Shown piece after piece: positions 8,244 through 14,882 of a stretch of 36,440 nucleotides of DNA (positions are counted from its first letter, which is position 1; every line of letters starts with the position of its first letter). Both the position numbers and the translations under genes were made by a program. The stretch comes from a virus: IMG/VR virus record IMGVR_UViG_3300045993_000165, positions 1 through 36,440 of that record; one strand, 5' to 3'. The notes below the pieces were generated by a model. That model was not told the origin of the DNA, ran no database searches, and saw only the letters and a list, made by a program, of their open reading frames with translations.

Positions 8244-8409
8244 AGGCAAATAGTCTGACCCCCACCCTCGAAACCCACAATCTCAGAAGCACTTCCCACC
8301 CCCTCCCTATGCTGCTACTGTGTCGAATAGAGTTTCACCTCGCACTCTGAAACTCATTGTATCTCGCACAGTAGGCCTAGGCTAAGCGGGGTAAGCCGTT
8401 TCACGGCAG

Positions 8410-8523
8410 ACCTCGTATAGCACGAAGTGCTATACAAGGTATAAATTTCGCCTTATTTGTATGGTTTTCTAAGCCTATCCATCACCGTGGGTATCCTGTA
8501 TAGCACTTCGTGCTATACGAGGT
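8410..8523. repeat. Inverted pair of palindromic hairpin elements (GTATAGCAC-GAA-GTGCTATAC and GTATAGCAC-TTC-GTGCTATAC)
   Basis: The element at 8410-8440 is nearly the reverse complement of the one at 8494-8523. Each has a perfect 9-bp stem and a 3-nt loop. Confidence 0.85.
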
Positions 8524-8701
8524 GATTGCCACCTAGGCAACACGTTACCACCATGCGAGGCCTAGGTGTTCATTTAGGCTTTCAAAATGCCACGAGGTGA
8601 GCCTATCTTATTATACTATATATCTCGCTGTATGTCAACCCGGTGGGACCGTGAAACGGCACCTAGACGGAATGGTTATCTAGGATAGAAAGGTTAGGGA
8701 A

Positions 8702-8781
8702 TAGAGTTTCGATAGGGTTTCGTTGAGCCAGATAGAAACTTATTAGAGTTTCGATAGAAATGTTTTTGAAAGAGTTTCGCC
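8702..8781. repeat. Iteron-like direct repeats of TAGAGTTTCGATAG / AGAGTTTCG
   Basis: tagagtttcgatag at 8702-8715 and 8744-8757, and agagtttcgcc at 8771-8781. A degenerate gggtttcg lies at 8716-8723. Related copies: tagagtttc at 8328-8336 and tagagtcga inside the 35-bp repeats. Confidence 0.7.
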
Positions 8782-8845
8782 GAGGGGCATTTACCTATCA
8801 AAGTGCCTATGCTAAACGGGTTCTAAACCGTATCAAATGCCTATA

Positions 8846-8908
8846 AGAATACCTAGCATTCTGCTAGATTGCCCTATACATTTCGTTAGAATACCTAGCA
8901 TTCTGCTA
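8846..8908. repeat. 21-bp direct repeat, 2 copies, 42-bp period
   Basis: agaatacctagcattctgcta at 8846-8866 and 8888-8908. Confidence 0.9.
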
Positions 8909-8940
8909 ATAATAAAATCTTTTGTCGTACGAGGCTACCA

Positions 8941-8987
8941 ATGGAAGTCTTTATGACTTCCATGAGGTCCGTGTTGCGTAGCAACAC
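8941..8987. terminator. Two adjacent hairpins between the convergent arms (possible bidirectional termination zone)
   Basis: atggaagtc/gacttccat (8941-8949 / 8955-8963) and gtgttgc/gcaacac (8971-8977 / 8981-8987). The flanking U-runs are weak. Confidence 0.4.
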
Positions 8988-9002
8988 AACCAACTTTATT
9001 CT

Positions 9003-9215
9003 TTATGAGTCAAATGGTAGATTAATAATCGGGAGAGGAACTTCTTTGAGTTTTCTCTCGTAGTCTCTTTTATCTGACAAATATGTAAGATAAAGCATCA
9101 CTACTATACATAATGCTAATACTCCGTACCAACTAATAATACTCGCAAGTATTGGAATAGCAGGTATTAGGCCTACCAACACACAAAATATAATAAGGCC
9201 GGCAATAACTTTCAT
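9003..9215 (-). CDS. Small two-transmembrane protein, holin-like
   Basis: 70 aa with two hydrophobic helices and a charged C-terminus (SDKRDYERKLKE). It is the last gene of the minus-strand arm. Confidence 0.4.
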   Translation of the reverse strand: MKVIAGLIIFCVLVGLIPAIPILASIISWYGVLALCIVVMLYLTYLSDKRDYERKLKEVPLPIINLPFDS

Positions 9216-9226
9216 ATTATATTGTG

Positions 9227-9619
9227 TTACATTGGGAACCAGCCAATATCACTCTTCCAACCAAAGTTAGTATTTGGTGTTTCGACTCCTGCTGTATCAA
9301 CTCCTGTCATCCTAGACATACAGAAAGCCGAATATGTTTTCTTATCTATTACATACTTTACAGTTACAATGATAATAGGTTCTGTCTGAGCACCAAATAC
9401 TCGCATTGTGCCTTCTGTTAGTAAACTCTTGATAGAGAACTTCTTATCTATCATTTGAGTTTCTCTCATCTGGTCCATTAAATGCACATTACAGGCTTCT
9501 GCCTGGGACTTCAACATTAGTATTATACCTGTATTACCTTTTAACTGCATTGTAGCAGCAGTCGATGTCATGCTTGCACTAATACCTATGCAGCATATTA
9601 AAGCGTTTAGGAGTTTCAT
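9227..9619 (-). CDS. Putative secreted/periplasmic protein with N-terminal signal peptide (130 aa)
   Basis: The tracked ORF starts at a TTG (9667). The ATG at 9619 gives MKLLNALICCIGISASMTSTAA..., and that ATG overlaps the stop of the upstream 52-aa ORF (ATGA). Confidence 0.55.
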   Translation of the reverse strand: MKLLNALICCIGISASMTSTAATMQLKGNTGIILMLKSQAEACNVHLMDQMRETQMIDKKFSIKSLLTEGTMRVFGAQTEPIIIVTVKYVIDKKTYSAFCMSRMTGVDTAGVETPNTNFGWKSDIGWFPM

Positions 9620-9774
9620 TTTGCTTGACGTTTGGCAGCACGAGCAGCATCTTCGGCTTCGCACCAAAGGCGACGATCTCTCTCACCACATGTTTCGTTA
9701 TTATTCTTAACGAATATATCAACTTGTGGCATTACAAACATGCACATAAACAAATATAAAAATAGATAGATCAT
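9616..9774 (-). CDS. 52-aa membrane-anchored protein (not in the ORF track)
   Basis: AGGAG RBS 5 nt upstream of the ATG at 9774. Product: MIYLFLYLFMCMFVMPQVDIFVKNNNETCGERDRRLWCEAEDAARAAKRQAK, with an N-terminal transmembrane segment and a basic tail. Confidence 0.5.
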   Translation of the reverse strand: MIYLFLYLFMCMFVMPQVDIFVKNNNETCGERDRRLWCEAEDAARAAKRQAK

Positions 9775-9812
9775 ATAAACTCCTATACAGCACTATTGCT
9801 GTTTATGTGTTT

Positions 9813-9841
9813 ATTATATACTATTTAGTAGATGTTGTCAA
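9813..9841 (-). promoter_or_regulatory. Perfect consensus sigma70 promoter (TTGACA-17 nt-TATAAT) on the minus strand
   Basis: The minus strand reads G-TTGACA-acatctactaaatagta-TATAAT-AA. On the plus strand this is tgtcaa at 9836-9841 and attata at 9813-9818. It overlaps the stop codon of the 399-aa gene and faces the 9774-9003 cassette. Confidence 0.7.
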
Positions 9842-11020
9842 CTCGTCCAGATCAGTAATCTTGCCGTCAGTATTAGTTTGTGCTCTACCTTCTGGAGTAG
9901 ATTGTAACTTCATTGCTTCTTTACGCTTGTCATCTTCGCTTGATTGTGCGGCTGAAAGATAGTCCGATAATCCGCCGAATGCGCCTGGACTACCACCGGC
10001 AACTTCGCTTGCGTCTTTTGTTGCTGCTTGAGTTACTAGTTGATTTACTACACCTGCTGCTGGTGTTGCACCTGCTGCTAATATCTTTGCTGGTATGGGA
10101 CTCAATGCTACTTTGTGACCTATGCGGGTACCTAGTTCACCTATCATCTGTCTACCGGCACCATGTGCACCAACAGCGGCACCACCTAATGCAGCAGTGA
10201 GTGGATCGACAGGACTTCCTGCTACATAGTTTAGGCCACCGCCTATAACACCACCCAATACACCTTCTGCACCGGTTTTTGTTGCTTCACCTACAATCTT
10301 ACCCCATGATGGTGTTGCTTCTGCTATAACTGCTCTTGCTGCAGGTTCTAATGAGTTAACAGTGAATGTCTTTCTCTTCTCAAGTAAGTTTACTAGATGT
10401 TGTCCTGCTTCGGGCAATGTTATTCCAATCTCTTTTATAAGTTTTGGTTCTGTACTGTTTACTACACGCTCAAGCACTTTTTCGTAGCCAGGGGGTTTAT
10501 CTTTTAATAAAGACTTCATTGTGGTGATGATTGTGTTTTTCGTAGAGTTCTCTGCTGCCTTAACTCCGCCTTTAACTATCGATCCCGGAAGAGTGGCTAA
10601 TACACCACCCAATGCACCACCTGTGGCTACATCTTTGACTAGATCGTATCCACTCTTATCACTATTACCATATGCATCTACTGCACCCATTGCGGCATTA
10701 GTGGCACCTTGACGTGCAAGTGAGCCTCCTGCTGTTGCTAATAGTGCTGGAGCACCACCAACTATGTTACTTGCTAGACTGATACCCGGGTGGGCATTGC
10801 TTGCTACTTTATTATTTTCTAAGTATGCTTTTAGATTTGCCTTTGTATCACCCGGATTTAAGAGCGCACTAATGCGTGGTGCTAGACCAAACGTGGCACC
10901 ATTGGCGAAGCCTCTTACTGCGGCATCACTCTTACTGCCAGGTTGAAACCAACCGGGCTCTTCAGTTGGTTCATCTTTCTTTGATTTTGGGATTACATAG
11001 TTGTCTAAGTCTAATGCCAT
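9821..11020 (-). CDS. Gly/Ala-rich virion (internal/ejection-type) protein, putative
   Basis: 399 aa with glycine-zipper-like hydrophobic stretches (GGALGGVLATLPG, GGVIGGGLNYVAG). It lies in the structural operon. Confidence 0.4.
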   Translation of the reverse strand: MALDLDNYVIPKSKKDEPTEEPGWFQPGSKSDAAVRGFANGATFGLAPRISALLNPGDTKANLKAYLENNKVASNAHPGISLASNIVGGAPALLATAGGSLARQGATNAAMGAVDAYGNSDKSGYDLVKDVATGGALGGVLATLPGSIVKGGVKAAENSTKNTIITTMKSLLKDKPPGYEKVLERVVNSTEPKLIKEIGITLPEAGQHLVNLLEKRKTFTVNSLEPAARAVIAEATPSWGKIVGEATKTGAEGVLGGVIGGGLNYVAGSPVDPLTAALGGAAVGAHGAGRQMIGELGTRIGHKVALSPIPAKILAAGATPAAGVVNQLVTQAATKDASEVAGGSPGAFGGLSDYLSAAQSSEDDKRKEAMKLQSTPEGRAQTNTDGKITDLDELTTSTK

Positions 11021-11021
11021 A

Positions 11022-12722
11022 TTATTGCCTATTAAGTTCGTTTATTTGCTTGAAGCCTGCTTTCTTTAGTTCATCAACTTTTGCTGGACTTGCTAATCCA
11101 CGAGCACCTGTTGTCGGATTATACAAGTAAACCTTTGCCTTAGTTTGTGAATCATCAAAGCCTGTAGCAGTACCTTTCTCTTGAATATACTTTGTGTATG
11201 ACTTTTGGCGATCTTCTTGTCTTGCTACTTGTTCGTTGAATGTCAACATTTCGTTTTGGAATGCAGTTGGGCTTAGTTGCATTATACGTTGTACTTCATC
11301 TTCTAGTTTAATAGGAGCGGCACCACCTGCTGCACCATATGCTGACTTAGCAGTAGCAAGTGAGTTTATGGTAGACTTCATTCTTTCGCTTTCAGACGGC
11401 ACCATCTTAGCAATCCAATCTTGCACTTTACCGGTTGCAGGGAATCTACCTGCTGCTCTATCTGATGCACTGCGTTGTGCTAGTCCACCGGTTAATGCAT
11501 CAATACCATACTTACTTGCAATAGCACTTTGCACTCTACCATTAGCATCTTCTGATGCTGCTGCTGTTTGTGCGCCTGTTGTGAGTGAGGAAGGTGATGC
11601 AGTAACACCACCAACACTAACACCTAAGTTGAGACCTGGTGGTAGTTTTGTTCCTTGTTCTGTAACTGTACCAAGCACTTTTGTACCGAGTCTAGTTTGA
11701 TCGGCGCTTGCATTTGCTTGATTGGCAAGTCCTTGTGCTTGTGCAGTTTGGCCTTTCTTCAATAATGCTTCTAAGTTGTCACCTGATAACTTAGCGATAG
11801 GTGCTGCTTCAATACCTGTCATTGAATCGGGCACCATTGTTTGTATTTGCTTATCATCATACAAGCCTGTCTGTTTCAACATTGCTCTTGCACTGTTACG
11901 CATTGCAACACTTTGTGGGGACTTGGCATCCATTAGTAACTGTGTTACTTGTGTGTTTGCTGCTGTTCCAACTAGTTCAAGTTGTAGTTTCTTTTGGTTA
12001 AGTTGTGCTTCTTTAGCACTGATATCGAACTTACCTGACTTTTCAAGTTGACCCATTACTTCACCTGCAGATAATAGTCCTTGCTTGTATAGTTCAATAC
12101 CATTCTTGGCAAACTCTTGCTCACGAGTTACTTTACCAGTAGTTTGATACTTGTCCATTTCGTCACGGGCTTTTTGCTGTGCTTCATATGCGTTAACAAC
12201 TTCGGCACCACCTCTACCCATTGCAAGTTGACCTGCTGACTGTCCCGGCTTGTTTAGTGCTGCTCTACGTGCATACTCTGCTTCTGCTGCTGCTTGCCTA
12301 TCTTTGTTACCTGCGTGGTCTGCTAATGCAAACTGTTTCAGTAATATATCATTTGGGTTGATATCACCATATGTTTGTTGAGCGATAGTACCTTGTGGTG
12401 CTAGGTTACCTGGCTTTGCTACTGGTGCTGTATATGTATCCGGCACCTGTGTTGATACATCCTCTGCTGGAGAAGTAGTAACTGGCTGCTTTTGTGCAGT
12501 GATCTGTACTGGTGGCAGTGCTGGTTTACCTTGATTTTGTATCTGTGTTGCAGTTTGCACTACAATCTTAGCCAAGTCCATTGGATCCAAGTCTTTAGCA
12601 GCAGGATCAGAGTTGATTGCTTGCGTATAGATATCCATAATGCCGGCATCTGTAGCATTTGGTAGGCTTTGTTTTACTGCCTGTACGAATATGCCAGGAG
12701 GCATTGCTATATTATTTGCCAT
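11022..12722 (-). CDS. Ala/Gln-rich virion protein, putative
   Basis: 566 aa of low-complexity, helical composition, contiguous with neighbouring structural genes. Confidence 0.4.
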   Translation of the reverse strand: MANNIAMPPGIFVQAVKQSLPNATDAGIMDIYTQAINSDPAAKDLDPMDLAKIVVQTATQIQNQGKPALPPVQITAQKQPVTTSPAEDVSTQVPDTYTAPVAKPGNLAPQGTIAQQTYGDINPNDILLKQFALADHAGNKDRQAAAEAEYARRAALNKPGQSAGQLAMGRGGAEVVNAYEAQQKARDEMDKYQTTGKVTREQEFAKNGIELYKQGLLSAGEVMGQLEKSGKFDISAKEAQLNQKKLQLELVGTAANTQVTQLLMDAKSPQSVAMRNSARAMLKQTGLYDDKQIQTMVPDSMTGIEAAPIAKLSGDNLEALLKKGQTAQAQGLANQANASADQTRLGTKVLGTVTEQGTKLPPGLNLGVSVGGVTASPSSLTTGAQTAAASEDANGRVQSAIASKYGIDALTGGLAQRSASDRAAGRFPATGKVQDWIAKMVPSESERMKSTINSLATAKSAYGAAGGAAPIKLEDEVQRIMQLSPTAFQNEMLTFNEQVARQEDRQKSYTKYIQEKGTATGFDDSQTKAKVYLYNPTTGARGLASPAKVDELKKAGFKQINELNRQ

Positions 12723-14304
12723 TATTCTTTCCTTCTAGTTTTAAAATTCTTTGATGTTGATTGGCTATTACAGCAAGTGCTTTACTCATTGCTTCTGGCT
12801 TTTGGACCATTTTGCCTGCTGGAGTATTTACTACTGAGTCAGGCATGCCTTTTTCCATATCTTGTGCAAGTATTCCTGCCTGCATAGGGTTCTTCTTATC
12901 ACCCTTGTAGCGATATTTATAGCCCGACATAGTTGCCATCATTTCGTCTACTTCCTTATCTGTAAGTTTCTTCTTATCAGTCTTAAGGTTTTTATCACTT
13001 AACCAATCCAGCCAGCCGCTGTCTGTTGCAGTATCACCTAAGTTTTCAAGTGGGCCTGTTCCGTTAAATGCTGAACCGAATGCGTCTGCCGCAGTTGTTA
13101 CACCTGCTCCTGCGTTTGGTATAGATGCCCAGTCAACTATGTTAGAAACTTCAGCAGCGGTTGCTGGTGTAAATACTCCGTTTAAGAACTTACCAACTTT
13201 CTCTACTCCGTTTACTACTGTCTTAACTAAGCCACCTGCTCCACCACTGCCGTTAATTTGATTACCTAACCAATCAAGTTGACCGGTTGTGTCTTTTGCT
13301 TGTGCTGCGCCAAGTGTGGCTAAGTTCTCGCCTGCCTTTAGTTGTGCTGCGGCTGCTGCTTTGTTCTTATCAAGTAAGTTAGTAAAGGATTGTTGTGCAG
13401 TTTGTAGTGGCATCATCAACTGTGTATTCTTAATGCCAACATTCTTACCAGCAATTTCATTTGCAGTATTAAAGTTGAGTGCATTTGCTGCTTGAGTGTT
13501 ACTTGCATTTTGTGCTGCTGCTGTATTAGTTGCTGCGGCATTCTGTTGATTAACTGTGTTAGCAGTATTGAAGTTAGCCAAGTTGGCTGCTTGTTGTGCT
13601 TGTGCATTGGCTGCACTAACTGCATTCTTTGCTTGTGCATTAAACTGATTGATCACATCCTGTGCACTGGCTTTCTGTGCTTCTTGTCCAAACAACTGTT
13701 GGTTTAAGTTTGTATTACCTGTTAAACCTGCCTGTATTGCTGCTAATGCGCGTGCTTGTGCTGACTGTGCTAAGTTTGCACCTGCTGCTGCATTACTATT
13801 TGCTGTTGACTGGGTACCGGCGAGTCTGGCTGCTAGTTCCGCACCAGTACCTGCATTGCCCTGCATTTGTAGTTGTTGGAGTTGACCTGCACGCTGTTGT
13901 GCTGCATTAGCATTGGCTTGATTCATCACTGTATCAAACTGTGCTCTATCTGCGTCTGTTAAGCCTTTGTTCTTACCTATCGTATCAAGTTGACCTAGTG
14001 CAGTTCTTGCACCTTGTATGGTTGATTGATCCGACTGCACACCAGTCATATTGCTTGCTTCTTGCAATGCTGCCTGGAACTGTGCCGGTTCCATATGTCC
14101 TTGTACCTGAGCCATTGCTGCTTGGTACTGCGCAGGGGTCATTGTCCCTTGCTGAACTTGCAACTGTAGTTCTGGTATCAGTGCCATTAAGTCTGGTACT
14201 GACATTTCTGCAAGTGACTTACCTGCATTCGTTAAAAAGTCTTGGGCATCTCCAAGTGCACCACCTGATAGGAAGTTACTTAACCCGCTGAATATATTTG
14301 GCAT
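12712..14304 (-). CDS. Ala/Gln/Asn-rich coiled-coil fibre-like protein with C-terminal peptidase-S74-like intramolecular chaperone domain
   Basis: The last ~95 aa (nt 12712-12999) read SDKNLK...YKYRYKGD...GILAQDMEKGMPDSVV...IANQHQRILKLE. This matches the SDxxLK / Y.Y.YK / G.IAQ[ED] / coiled-coil order of S74 domains. Confidence 0.5.
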   Translation of the reverse strand: MPNIFSGLSNFLSGGALGDAQDFLTNAGKSLAEMSVPDLMALIPELQLQVQQGTMTPAQYQAAMAQVQGHMEPAQFQAALQEASNMTGVQSDQSTIQGARTALGQLDTIGKNKGLTDADRAQFDTVMNQANANAAQQRAGQLQQLQMQGNAGTGAELAARLAGTQSTANSNAAAGANLAQSAQARALAAIQAGLTGNTNLNQQLFGQEAQKASAQDVINQFNAQAKNAVSAANAQAQQAANLANFNTANTVNQQNAAATNTAAAQNASNTQAANALNFNTANEIAGKNVGIKNTQLMMPLQTAQQSFTNLLDKNKAAAAAQLKAGENLATLGAAQAKDTTGQLDWLGNQINGSGGAGGLVKTVVNGVEKVGKFLNGVFTPATAAEVSNIVDWASIPNAGAGVTTAADAFGSAFNGTGPLENLGDTATDSGWLDWLSDKNLKTDKKKLTDKEVDEMMATMSGYKYRYKGDKKNPMQAGILAQDMEKGMPDSVVNTPAGKMVQKPEAMSKALAVIANQHQRILKLEGKNNGK

Positions 14305-14882
14305 TATTCTTTTCCTTTAAGTGATTTTCTTTTAGCCCAACTATTTTTCTGGGCTTCGGCCATTTTTAATTTCTGTTCCTGGCTGTATGGTGGGCGTTTA
14401 TTTCTAGCAATCTTTAGATTTGCTTTATGTTCATCTGTTCTGGTAGGTTTTTTTCTTCCCAGTAAAGATTTTGAAACTTTATCTTTATGTTGTTCTGATA
14501 GTTCTTTATCTTTCCAATATCCTCTATGTCCCATCAATGCTTTTGATCTTTTCTCTTTCGCTGTATCTGATTGAATATATGTTCTGGTACCTTCACCACC
14601 GTCTGTTAGATTAAGCAATGGACCACGTCCTAAATCTTTTCTACCAAATTTAGCAATTAGTTCCTCTTCAACTAATAATGCTAGTTCTTCATCGAATCCT
14701 GCATAGATACCTATTACCGGCTTGACATTATTTTTCTTCATATGCTTTAGTCTAGATACAAATGGCGTATGTTTATTAGATCCTAAATGAGACCAGGCTC
14801 TGTCATTACAGCCTTTGCCTATATAGAAAGGTTCATTATGCCTAGACGGATCGTAATAGATATATGTATAGAAGTTATTCAT
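14304..14882 (-). CDS. GIY-YIG homing endonuclease with NUMOD3-type repeats
   Basis: N-terminal YIYYDPSRHNEPFYIGKG...RAWSH...EEELIAKFGR...LLNLTDGG carries the GIY-YIG, Arg, Glu and Asn elements. The C-terminal half has three basic repeats: SEQHKDKVSKSLLGRK, TDEHKANLKIARNK and SQEQKLKMAEAQKNSW. Confidence 0.85.
   Translation of the reverse strand: MNNFYTYIYYDPSRHNEPFYIGKGCNDRAWSHLGSNKHTPFVSRLKHMKKNNVKPVIGIYAGFDEELALLVEEELIAKFGRKDLGRGPLLNLTDGGEGTRTYIQSDTAKEKRSKALMGHRGYWKDKELSEQHKDKVSKSLLGRKKPTRTDEHKANLKIARNKRPPYSQEQKLKMAEAQKNSWAKRKSLKGKE

Larger units (their letters stand above)
8164..9002 (+). other. ORF-free island rich in helices and repeats; candidate large structured ncRNA or replication/packaging cis-region
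   Basis: No ORF of 60 aa or more in any frame between 8108 and 9002, in an otherwise gap-free genome. Many nested complementary segments, listed in the findings. By eye it is more G+C-rich than its flanks between about 8260 and 8700. A promoter lies upstream at 7816-7843. Confidence 0.4.

Noticed and set aside
8167-8908. Possible CRISPR mini-array (35-bp repeats at 8167-8236; 21-bp repeats at 8846-8908)
   Set aside because: The 35-bp units are directly adjacent with no spacers. The 21-bp repeat is too short and has only two copies. No cas genes are present.
8108-9002. tRNA, tmRNA or group I intron in the non-coding island
   Set aside because: I could not find a cloverleaf with a GTTCGAATC-type T-loop or an anticodon-arm geometry. 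The island does not interrupt a gene, so there are no exons to splice. A covariance-model scan is still needed to exclude these formally.
9227-9667. Canonical lipoprotein (o-spanin) call for the 130-aa secreted protein
   Set aside because: The N-terminal ALICC sequence does not fit the L-[ASTVI]-[GAS]-C lipobox, and the protein is larger than typical o-spanins. Only a signal-peptide call is retained.
14304-14882. Intron- or intein-borne homing endonuclease
   Set aside because: The GIY-YIG gene is free-standing between complete ORFs that have their own starts and stops. No split host gene or Hint/splicing motifs were seen.
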